DNA of 64,000 nt from Schizosaccharomyces osmophilus (lineage: Eukaryota). Of this stretch, positions 11,101-20,473 are shown in pieces; the stretch's first letter is position 1; each line of letters opens with the position of its first letter. The position numbers and the translations under genes were made by a program. The notes beneath the pieces are model-generated. The model was given only the letters and a program-made list of their open reading frames with translations. It ran no database searches and was not told where the DNA came from. Location: NCBI RefSeq assembly GCF_027921745.1, contig NC_079238.1:2790001-2854000 (forward strand). Direction: 5' to 3'.

Positions 11101-13776
11101 ATGTTTGACGGAGGATATGCTCAAAAAATGAACTTTAGCGGTTCTGACTCGGGAACAACAAGAACACCGGACTTGTATGGACAAGGCAATAGCGGCCAGT
11201 TTCCCTCCTATCCCTCTAATAATTACCAGCTCTCATCATCGTCTAGACCGCAAATGGAAGGAAATCCAGGATATTCTGAGATGATGTTGCAAACGCGCCC
11301 GCCAGCGACAACACAGGGATTTCCATACGGCTCTTCAGGTACAACTGAAGGGGTACCTTCGGTACCATCCATACACATGGGAGAAACTAACCAGTTTACT
11401 TCTGCTCCTATGGCTTCTGCTGGTATGAAGCATGCGTCGCCGTCTATGCCACCTATGGCTTCATCCATTCAGCAGCAACAACATCAACAAATGTTACAAA
11501 GGCAACTTTATCTAAAAAGTCAAATGGAATCAGCAAATACTACGTTTGAACCCTCTTCTCAAAACAACCCTGAGTACCCCCCAAACACATTTCCTAACCA
11601 AAGTATGGGTGCCTCATCCTCCAGATCTCCTTCGATGGCGCCTGGTGTGCCTAACAATTCCAGTCCTCCAAACAGAAATAGCAACTCAAATCCTTCAGAT
11701 GTTGCTGAAAATTACAACAAATTTATGGTCAGTTTATTAAGTTTTATGGCGAAGCGTGGAACTCCGTTGAAGAATTATCCATCAATTGATGGATCTCCTA
11801 TAAATCTTATGATGCTTTATGCTCTCGTTATGCGCACAGGTGGCTCTAGGCGAGTAACAAGCTTAAAATTATGGCCCAAAGTTGCTGCTTCTCTTGGAAT
11901 CACTAATCCAAAAACAGTTCCCCTCTTGTATCAGCAATATAACAATTGCCTTCTTCCCTATGAAGAAGCATGGGCCCGTGCCCACCAACAAAAGCTTCGG
12001 TTAGAAAATCAAAATCAAACTCAAAATGAAAACCAAACTTCTTATTCGGAAGACCCAAGAATACTCACCTCTAGACAAGCATCCGTGCCGAAGATGGCAT
12101 CCCACGTACAAATACCAAATCCTAAAAGTGAAACACCGTCTCTGAATGTACCTTCATACATGACTGCTAACTATAAACCGTCACCCTCTCCTACTGCTGT
12201 ACCCCAACGAAGCGGCTCAATCCCACTTAACCCTTCTGGTAATGAAAAAAGCAAACCTTTTGCCTCCAATGTTTCGACACCCTTACCATCCGTATCCAAC
12301 CGACCTCCTCCAGCCGAACTTAGCGTTGAATCTCGTATTTACAATCCCATAAAAATAGACTTGGCGGGAACAACTGCTGGATTTCCTTTGCATCTTTCTA
12401 GCGCTCATCGCATTGATGAGTCCTTAATGCACTTGAAAATGCCATCTATTTCAAACTTAGGCTGCATAAACATTCATGCGCTATCCATGAGTCTCTTATC
12501 TACACTTTCTGGTGAAATGACTTACTCCCTCAATGTTTTACTTCTTTTGACGAATGATAGACAAGAAGTGGTGCATCTAGCGAAATGCGAGGAAGTAATT
12601 GATGCGTTGGTGGAAGTTGGATGGAACTGCTTGGATATATTGACTGAAAGACTTGCATCGGAATCAAATCAAAACCTTCACAACGAAAGGCCATCTTATA
12701 GGCATCTATTGCTAGAATGCATACAAGAGAATAACCTTCAAAAGATTCGGCCAGACAGCGGAGCTGAAGCTTGCCCTACTGATGAAAGAAAAAGTCGTGA
12801 ATTGACAGAGCAACACTTGCTTGCAGTATGTATAATATTTCGTAACATGTCTCTTGTTGACGAAACTATAATGAACCGTTGTCACGGATCTGAGTTTTTC
12901 AGCTTTTTAATGCGATTAATTCGGCTATTGAATCGTGGTGAGTCTTATTTGCTACCGTCCAAGCGTGCCATGTTAGATCTTCATAAAGACGTTTTGCTAT
13001 TACTTTCACAAGTGTCGCATAATATAGTGTTACCAAACATGGAATCTGCTTTGCAAATATTACATTTTATTTTAGCGTTTTCTCCTATAACGAAGAGATA
13101 TATCAAGCGAAATGGTTTGGAAACGGAACACTCCCAAAAATTTCCGTTAGACGTTCCTAATTATACCCCTTTCACACACCCCTATGTGGGACCCTCTATA
13201 GCTGTGTACGCAAAGTTGTTAGCTCGGGACACTACCAACAAAATCTTTTTTCAGACGGTCTTTGACCGAAATCCTGCTCTTCTAGACCTGACATTTCTCT
13301 TCCTTGCCTCCGTTATCCCAAAGTTCAATAGACAGTGTTTAAAGCTTTGCGAAAAGCGTCTACCATTGTTACAGCATGCCTTTTTATGTTTAGAAAACAC
13401 TGTATCGTTTATACGAGAACCATCCCAGGCGGTGTTTTGGTGTAACATTGGCGATGGTTTTTTTGCTTCTCTCATTCGTTTGTTAATTCTATTATCCGGT
13501 CATCCATCTCTTAATCCCGTTTTTCCTCCCGATGTTCCTGCCCGAACGAGCACGAATCCCTTCCGCTATATCATTCAAAATGGGATATTATGTGCAAAGA
13601 AGCTCTACCATTTAGCATGCTCGATCAATGCCCCAATTACCTCTTTCCCAAAAGGCGAAACTATTCTAGCGATCCTTCTTGCTCCTACCACCGACCGAAC
13701 GTTTTTGAAAGACCTATCAACTATATTGGATAAAGACCTTGAGGAACAACTATCTTTTAATAATAACTTTGAATAA
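11101..13776 (+). CDS. sol1: SWI/SNF subunit Sol1 (ARID domain, Swi1-like)
   Basis: ARID (FMAKRGTPL..INLMMLYALVMRTGGSRRV..WPKVA..LLPYE), low-complexity N-terminus, ARM-like C-terminus. Confidence 0.85.
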   Translation: MFDGGYAQKMNFSGSDSGTTRTPDLYGQGNSGQFPSYPSNNYQLSSSSRPQMEGNPGYSEMMLQTRPPATTQGFPYGSSGTTEGVPSVPSIHMGETNQFTSAPMASAGMKHASPSMPPMASSIQQQQHQQMLQRQLYLKSQMESANTTFEPSSQNNPEYPPNTFPNQSMGASSSRSPSMAPGVPNNSSPPNRNSNSNPSDVAENYNKFMVSLLSFMAKRGTPLKNYPSIDGSPINLMMLYALVMRTGGSRRVTSLKLWPKVAASLGITNPKTVPLLYQQYNNCLLPYEEAWARAHQQKLRLENQNQTQNENQTSYSEDPRILTSRQASVPKMASHVQIPNPKSETPSLNVPSYMTANYKPSPSPTAVPQRSGSIPLNPSGNEKSKPFASNVSTPLPSVSNRPPPAELSVESRIYNPIKIDLAGTTAGFPLHLSSAHRIDESLMHLKMPSISNLGCINIHALSMSLLSTLSGEMTYSLNVLLLLTNDRQEVVHLAKCEEVIDALVEVGWNCLDILTERLASESNQNLHNERPSYRHLLLECIQENNLQKIRPDSGAEACPTDERKSRELTEQHLLAVCIIFRNMSLVDETIMNRCHGSEFFSFLMRLIRLLNRGESYLLPSKRAMLDLHKDVLLLLSQVSHNIVLPNMESALQILHFILAFSPITKRYIKRNGLETEHSQKFPLDVPNYTPFTHPYVGPSIAVYAKLLARDTTNKIFFQTVFDRNPALLDLTFLFLASVIPKFNRQCLKLCEKRLPLLQHAFLCLENTVSFIREPSQAVFWCNIGDGFFASLIRLLILLSGHPSLNPVFPPDVPARTSTNPFRYIIQNGILCAKKLYHLACSINAPITSFPKGETILAILLAPTTDRTFLKDLSTILDKDLEEQLSFNNNFE

Positions 13777-14047
13777 TTAGTTGCTTCCTATTCATGTTGA
13801 TCTATTTTTGTTAATATTATTTCCTTCTCTTCATTCGTTGCATTCGCTTCATTTTATCTCTAACTAGTACTTTCATGCTCCTTTATTTCCCCATAAATGA
13901 AAATAGTGTTGTGTATACTTCTAAACACACAAATACACAAGCCCTTCTGGTTTAAATAATTATGCTTACGTTTTACTACTGGCATACAACAACAACTTAG
14001 TTTATAAAAAAAAGAAAAATTTATTATAAAGAAATCGACAAACAACT

Positions 14048-14154
14048 AACATCAGACATCCAAAGGAAGGACTATGGCCGTCATTTGCGACAAGATTGGG
14101 TTCGATGTCGCTCCGTGAAAACTGCGAATGTTTATTGGAAATTTCATCACCTGT
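14048..14154 (-). ncRNA. snoU14: U14 box C/D snoRNA
   Basis: Minus strand: box C GTGATGA (14150-14144), domain A CATTCGCAGTTT (antisense to 18S AAACUGCGAAUG), Y-domain hairpin GCGACA..CGAACC..TGTCGC, domain B CCTTCCTTTGGATGT next to box D CTGA (14055-14052). Confidence 0.95.
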
Positions 14155-14464
14155 CAGTCTTTGTCGATACTTTTTTCCATCACCCACAACAACTAAGCAC
14201 ATCTAAGACAAACTAAAGCTAACTGACAAAACTTTCATTGTCAAAAACTGGAAAAGAAAAGAACAGAATCCAAAACTCGCTCGTATAGGAGCAGCTACCA
14301 CGATTTATTCGATCATACACGCTTCTATATCAATACAGGAATACCGATACCTCAAACACTTTACGAGTTTGAAAAGTTTAAAACTTTCATGATCCCATCG
14401 CAAAAGCACACCTGAAAAAAGTTAGTAATGGGTTGGCAGTAAAGATCACCAAATGAAAAACGAG

Positions 14465-14590
14465 AGAATCAGACACCTAAAATACTGGCAAGTATTACCT
14501 CTTTCGGGAAAAAAAAATTGAAAGAGGCGTGTTGTATCGTCATAGTCGATAGGACGGGTAAAGAAGACGCATATTAATATCATCAGGCTT
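14465..14590 (-). ncRNA. Intronic box C/D snoRNA, snR190-like (probable snR107 orthologue)
   Basis: Box C TGATGA (14585-14580), guide GTCTTCTTTACCCG (14568-14555), C' ATGACGA (14543-14537), box D CTGA (14472-14469), flanking stem ACGAGA/TCTCGT; lies within a GTAAGT..TACTAAC..CAG intron (14622-14412). Confidence 0.85.
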
Positions 14591-15096
14591 TCTCGTTCTT
14601 CAATAGGATTGGAATAACTTACCTCTACAGACAAGTTTACCGAGAATCCAAAATTTTAGGTTTTCCAAAAATCACAAAAATTTAATGTTTCAGCTTCACA
14701 GCGAAGTTACATCTTAATCAACAGATCGCAATGTTTTATCACTCACAATACGCAGAGCCTCCAAAGTTATCGACACATCCGTCTACGAATTACCGTTTTC
14801 ACGATACACGATTACGCGTTTCCACGATTAAGACACGTCCACCTACTCCAGCTACGGCTTAGGAATTCCAACCAGCAGCTACTCATACGCATGATCCAGC
14901 ATTTTCAAGTGCCCAACTGGCAACAACACACTCCCGTCCAAAAAAGGTCCTTACACTCATCAGTCCTCCTTACAAGAACCTTCTCGTAATGAAAACCAAA
15001 TTCAATGCATCCACAGGACTGTGTTTAGCACAGGACTGTATAATTACCAGTGAAACACTTGAAGCTGCTTAATGAAAAAAGAGGTCCTTTGCTGTC

Positions 15097-15124
15097 CTTA
15101 TATAGATTAAAAAACCCTAACCCT
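15097..15124 (-). promoter_or_regulatory. TATA box (TATATAAG) and AACCCTAACCCT element upstream of the snoRNA host
   Basis: cttatata at 15097-15104 reads TATATAAG on the minus strand; AACCCTAACCCT at 15113-15124 resembles the AACCCT box/Homol-E/Teb1-Tbf1 motifs. Confidence 0.55.
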
Positions 15125-15712
15125 GAAAGTTCTGGAAGGAAAAACTGTGGTGAAAACAGTCCTTTGTAGCATCCATTACGTCATTGGGAATTTATCCAGC
15201 ATGGAAGAGTAGAGCAATGCACCACGCGGAATCGTAAAAGCATGTAACAGACTACAAAAGATAGCTCAGTATAGACTGTAAGGCAATTAAAGCCTTTCCG
15301 TATATGGAAATACAGAGATGCAAAAAGGCGACAATGAGAGCGGCCCTCCAACAAACTTCATACTTGTAACAAAGTATTGAACCAACAAATAGCTTTGTCG
15401 TATTCGGTTACAGAATTGTCGTTGATACAACCAACTATCCGGCTAATAAAAAAAGAGCCAACAACGAAATAAAATTTAAAACAAATATGCATACTCTATA
15501 GTACAACACGAATGTCTGTCAATTTCCCCATTGTTTACCAAAATGAAATAGCGAGTTGCGACAATGCACGGTAGACATTGCCAAAAAAATATCTTCCATC
15601 GCGCTATTCCAGCACTCCCAGCATTTTTTACATCGGCGGGACCTCAACTTCACGCTTTGCATAGAGAGCTAGAGCAATTCACTGCTTTAGCAGACAGTTA
15701 TCGAATCTCTTT

Positions 15713-16939
15713 ATGAAAAGCATGGGCACCAACTATGCATCTATGATGTTTAACAGCGGCTCCAATATTCTTGGCTATGGCGTTCTTAGACTTTTACAGT
15801 ACAATGAACAATTATCCTGCGGGTGGGAAAACACCATGAAAGAAGACATCGGATACTGGAGGAGATTTGTGCACAATTTCTTTACTGAAAAGGGAACGTT
15901 TCGATTTAATTTTGAACCCAACGCACAAAGGACTCGCGAGTCGAAGGAGTTTGAATTGTCGTATGCAGCTTTGCCGAGATTCTTCTATTTAAATTACATG
16001 GGAAACATGAGGCGAATGTCGATTGTTTTGGGTGATACGAAAGAATTCGCAATTCCTAATAATGGATATTTTGTCGAGTCCTCAAACGCAAGCCTTGTGT
16101 ATCAGTTTGCTAATGGTATACAAGTAATCATTTATGGTTGTTTGCGAGCGCACTTCCATCGTGCACCTCTTTTGAAATTGGACTCACTTGAATTCTCCGC
16201 TACCAACCATTCCGAGTATCTTCTTCGTGAACTTGTAGAAAATGCTTCTCTCGCCCAGCAGTATCAACAAGAGCGCCGGCCAGAACAGGAAAACACATCG
16301 ATTTTCCCTTCGCAAGGCAACGAACAAGCTCCGTTTTATCCTCCATATAATTTCGGTGCCAGTGCGCAACTCCCCTCAACGCCGGTGAACGAGTACGGGA
16401 TTGAACCACGAATCATGCGCTTTTTGGAAATTTCTGAAACTATTTCTGGGATGCGAGATTTAATAGCCTTTACTTTGGCTCAACGTTCAGGTCCGGCAAG
16501 TGCCCTCCAAAAGTTCGCTACAGCTTTACAGCAACAACAGCAGATGCAAAAATCTAGTGCTGCAAAGGTAGCTTTTCCGAGTAATCCCTCTGTAAATAAT
16601 CAAGTTCCTAATAACGCTGAAGCTCCATTTCCCATGGCCCCTTCCGCAGCTGCAACGGGAGGGCCTCCCGAATACCGCGTCCCTAATTACCCATCCAATT
16701 ATAATTATCACCAGTCCCAACGCGCCATGAGCACTAATTTTGATTCATCTCAATTTGCCAACCATTACCCACATCCAAACCCTCAATCGCCTGCTCCATT
16801 AATGAATCCTGCCTACACACAACCTTCTCAGAAAAGGTCCGCTACAATGTCTCCGCTGGGGGAACGCGAAAAGCAGGATGTTGATCCCTCGTTTTACCCC
16901 AATGGATCCTTGGGACCTCAGAAGCGAGCTAAAGCTTAG
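15713..16939 (+). CDS. adn1: LIM-domain-binding/Mfg1-like transcription cofactor Adn1
   Basis: LIM_bind-like domain (YWRRFVHNFFTE..LPRFF..VNEYGIEPRIMRFLEISE), Q/N/P-rich tail. Confidence 0.8.
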   Translation: MKSMGTNYASMMFNSGSNILGYGVLRLLQYNEQLSCGWENTMKEDIGYWRRFVHNFFTEKGTFRFNFEPNAQRTRESKEFELSYAALPRFFYLNYMGNMRRMSIVLGDTKEFAIPNNGYFVESSNASLVYQFANGIQVIIYGCLRAHFHRAPLLKLDSLEFSATNHSEYLLRELVENASLAQQYQQERRPEQENTSIFPSQGNEQAPFYPPYNFGASAQLPSTPVNEYGIEPRIMRFLEISETISGMRDLIAFTLAQRSGPASALQKFATALQQQQQMQKSSAAKVAFPSNPSVNNQVPNNAEAPFPMAPSAAATGGPPEYRVPNYPSNYNYHQSQRAMSTNFDSSQFANHYPHPNPQSPAPLMNPAYTQPSQKRSATMSPLGEREKQDVDPSFYPNGSLGPQKRAKA

Positions 16940-17661
16940 TTGTTTGTCAAAACAGCTTGTCCTTAATATAATGGTTATCCTTGTCACCCGTTTTTGTTAC
17001 TACTTAAATATGTTTCCTTGCCCGTTGCCTTAATTTATTCTCTCATATCTGCTTAAAGGAGGTTTTTCTGTTGATTTCATGTTTACTTATTATGGTTTCC
17101 ATTTGACGTTATTTACTGTCTCCCTACCCTTCGTTTACTCTCTTTGTTTCCTCAAAAGTCGTTCTTCTTATTTTATTTTATTTTATTTTTGTCATATTCA
17201 GTCATTACTTAGAGACAAGTATTTTCCTATCCTATTCCATATCACATTTCAGTATATTCACTTACAACATATGGAATCGTTCTCCATTTCGAGGAACATT
17301 ATTAAGTTGCAATAATTAAAAAATCTATTCCCATTTATCTTATTATTTTATTCGTTCGTCAACTGTGTTGGCAATACAATAGTTTCTATTAATATAGTCT
17401 AGCTTACAAAAGGGAAAAAGAATTATTTAGAACACGTATAAATAGAAAAAGATGATCTTTATGTCTTTATCGTGGCAAACGGACCTTATTGCCCTCTACT
17501 GTGTAAACGCGTAAGCTATGATCTTCATCTTCAGTAAACGTAGTAACCTATCTTTCACCATACACTGACTCACAGTGTAACTAGTGCTTACACTCTTAAT
17601 ATTTCTATTTTTATTTATTATCCTTATAAGAAAAAAATTATAAGCGTAAATCCTTCATTCA

Positions 17662-19596
17662 ATGCAATCGTTCGGCGATTTGGAAGTATTGGACCAACTA
17701 GATGATGCTGACTTTTTAAACTCAAGTACCAGGATTCGTCGCTTCAAAGGGTCGAAAAAGAATGCTCATACTTTCCCTCGTAGTAAGGGCACTCGTATTT
17801 CACAATGGCCTCGCATGAGGTTTGTTCGTGCAGTGGATATCTTTAATCCTACTGAGGAAGTAAATAGAATGATTGAGGAGGAAAAAAGCAAACGAAACGC
17901 TACTTCTGACTTTAGTGGGCTTGAGTACAAGAGTAAGGCTTCTGAAGAGGAGCATCCTTACGTACAAAAAACTCCTGGCGTTCATCAAGACGTTGTTTTG
18001 TTCAAGCCTATACGCAATAACATTATCTCACGTGAAGACAAGGAACCTTCACATGCTCAAAAGAATATTCATGAAGATGCTACTGTGTACAAGCCCGTAA
18101 CTGTAACTGAAAAACAATCGGAAGAGAAGCATACCCCTCGTATAGCTTTGGACTCTCCTCGGTCCCACAAACCACATAAAGCTAAAGGTTTACAGAAAGA
18201 GAACATGGATGGAAAAAACAAAAAAGCACATAAAAATTCCGATAAACGTTTTGGTAGAGAAAAACCGTATATTCTTTCAGATACTGAGGACAATCTACCA
18301 GACGAGGACAGTACTGATACAGAATTAAAATTCAGCATGAATAAGTTTGCCGACTTGTCTATGCTTTCTGAAACTGATGAAGATGATGAATCCATGGAAG
18401 GAGATGAAGACATAGAGAGTACAAATGCGGAATCTACAGATGAAAATGGATCATCCTCTCACGAGAATTCGGATTTGCTTAATGACCAGCATGACCAGGA
18501 TTATGAATACGATGATGAAGAACTAGCAAACGTCTTGGCTGAAACCGAAAACTTAGAAGATGAAGAAGTAAATGCCTTGCTTGCTAGTGTCTTCAATGAC
18601 AGTGACGATTCAGAAATCGAAGCTTACCTAAGTGTTGGAGACACTGGCGCAAATGATTTTACACTTTATGATTACGATAGCGAAGAGGAGCCATACCAGA
18701 AAGCACCTCCGAAAGCATTATTAAAACCTTCCAAAAAAGACAACAAGAAAAAAGAAAAATCTAAGAAAGTATCTAAAAAAGAAAGGAAAGCCCAAGGGAA
18801 ACTTGAAAGAAAAGCTGGAAAGTCAATAACAAATCGACTCGCTAGTGCTTATGATGTCGATGAGGATATTGCTCAGGAGTTGGAAATGTACTCTGATCTT
18901 CAAGAACAATGGATAAAAGATCATCAAAAGAAAGCGAAGAAGCGTAATGAACGTGAAGAAAAGCGTGCACAGGGGCTTTTAGGGAAAAAATCTAGTAAGA
19001 AACTGGCTAAAAAAGCAGCAGCTTCTGACAAAGGTTCGGACCCTGATAGTCCTACTCTATCGAAAGCGGACCACGATTTTATCATGCATGCATACAAGCG
19101 GATGCAACAGTTATGTCTTTCAGGAGTGGATGAGGTTTCTCTTCCTGCATGCCGGAAATATGTGCGCCGTTTAGTTCATGAAATAGCTAACCGTCTGAAT
19201 CTCCGTTCTCAAAGCTATGGTTCTGGCAAGAAACGGTACACGGTTCTTTCGAAGACGCCCCGATTTAATTCCTCAGATATTAATAGCACATCGTTAACGA
19301 GGATTCTACATCGTGTGCAACTGTCAGTTGAAAAGCGATCAGGAATTTCCGGTAAACCAGGTAGAAAGCCCAACATTATGCTTGCTTCGAAGCGTACAGT
19401 TACCAGTGCTACAAAACTATACGAAGGCCAAGTGGTTGGTGGAGATGCTCCTGAAATCACTCGTGCTAATCCAGGTCGTCGTATGTTAGAGCGACTGGGC
19501 TGGTATGCTGGTAAAGGATTAGGACATCCAGAAAATGAAGGCTCTCATGAAAGTTTGCGTGCTATCGTGAAGACCAGTCGCAGTGGTCTAGGTTAA
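17662..19596 (+). CDS. sqs2: R3H and G-patch domain protein (Sqs1-like)
   Basis: Acidic and K-rich middle, R3H (RRLVHEIANRLNLRSQSYGSGKKR), C-terminal G-patch (NPGRRMLERLGWYAGKGLG..RSGLG). Confidence 0.8.
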   Translation: MQSFGDLEVLDQLDDADFLNSSTRIRRFKGSKKNAHTFPRSKGTRISQWPRMRFVRAVDIFNPTEEVNRMIEEEKSKRNATSDFSGLEYKSKASEEEHPYVQKTPGVHQDVVLFKPIRNNIISREDKEPSHAQKNIHEDATVYKPVTVTEKQSEEKHTPRIALDSPRSHKPHKAKGLQKENMDGKNKKAHKNSDKRFGREKPYILSDTEDNLPDEDSTDTELKFSMNKFADLSMLSETDEDDESMEGDEDIESTNAESTDENGSSSHENSDLLNDQHDQDYEYDDEELANVLAETENLEDEEVNALLASVFNDSDDSEIEAYLSVGDTGANDFTLYDYDSEEEPYQKAPPKALLKPSKKDNKKKEKSKKVSKKERKAQGKLERKAGKSITNRLASAYDVDEDIAQELEMYSDLQEQWIKDHQKKAKKRNEREEKRAQGLLGKKSSKKLAKKAAASDKGSDPDSPTLSKADHDFIMHAYKRMQQLCLSGVDEVSLPACRKYVRRLVHEIANRLNLRSQSYGSGKKRYTVLSKTPRFNSSDINSTSLTRILHRVQLSVEKRSGISGKPGRKPNIMLASKRTVTSATKLYEGQVVGGDAPEITRANPGRRMLERLGWYAGKGLGHPENEGSHESLRAIVKTSRSGLG

Positions 19597-20473
19597 AATC
19601 CATTCATTTTGAATTTGATGATGACACCTTTGTTTTTTTATGACGAACATTTCTGACATGAATTATTTAATTTTCTTTTTGATATACTTTTATAGAAGCC
19701 TATGCTATCTAAACCTGTTTCTTCCGGGTCTTTTTGTACATATTACGCATTTGTTATAGAGATAACAATGAATAGTTGGGTTTGAAGCGTCTTTAAAATA
19801 TTTGTTGACTCCTGTATTTGTAAGTTTTTCATCCGGTCTTTACCATTTATGAATCTATTCCTAAATCTTTAAAGAAAAAGAAATAAAGTTGCTCATTGCA
19901 TTACACTATTTGAAAATACGTTGGTTCGTACGCATCATTAAGTTTTGTTACCGATGAATCAAAATGTAAGATCCGTGCTTTCCACGAAGTCCGTGTGTTT
20001 TCCCTTAGCACAGCACAAAAAGGTAGAAGGTGTTTAATCCTGACCTGTTGTTTCTACTCGAAACGCGTATATTTTTTTATTTCAAGGGGTTTCTATTTCA
20101 GTGAAGAGTAATTATCTGTGCCTTTTTTATCTTTTGCAATTGGCCATTTAACCCATTTATTGATCAGTCAAGGCTTGACTGCATCTTCTTCGCAATCTTT
20201 CGTTCTTTTCGTATTGTCGTTCTTTTTTTTTATGCTTCTAGATATATAGAATCTATTCTTTTCTAGGTTTCTTACACTAATCAACGCATAATTTATATTT
20301 GGATACCCGTTCATGCTTGGATAATAACGAGCGTAAATAGATCTTCGTTCTTTTTCTGAATATTCTCATTCTTTCCTTATTCACTTTCTTTTTATAACGG
20401 TTTTAGCGTTTTACAGGGACGTTATCTTTCCAAGAAATAAGTCGATTGTCTAGTATTTTGCGGCTGTGGTACT

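Larger units (their letters stand above)
14030..15070 (-). ncRNA. Spliced non-coding host transcript (mamRNA-like) carrying the intronic snoRNA and downstream U14; ends approximate
   Basis: TATA at ~15100 on the minus strand, canonical intron 14412-14622, no credible ORF, two snoRNAs in the same orientation. Confidence 0.65.

Noticed and set aside
14732..14863. 43-aa plus-strand ATG ORF within the ncRNA interval
   Set aside because: Short, no codon bias or motif, antisense to the supported snoRNA host
14690..14965. Third box C (minus-strand CTGATGAG at ~14963) as another snoRNA or hammerhead
   Set aside because: Nearest D box is ~270 nt away with no terminal stem or recognisable rRNA guide; no GAAA core for a hammerhead
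15113..15124. AACCCTAACCCT as a telomerase RNA template or interstitial telomere
   Set aside because: Only two units, located directly upstream of a TATA box; better explained as a promoter element
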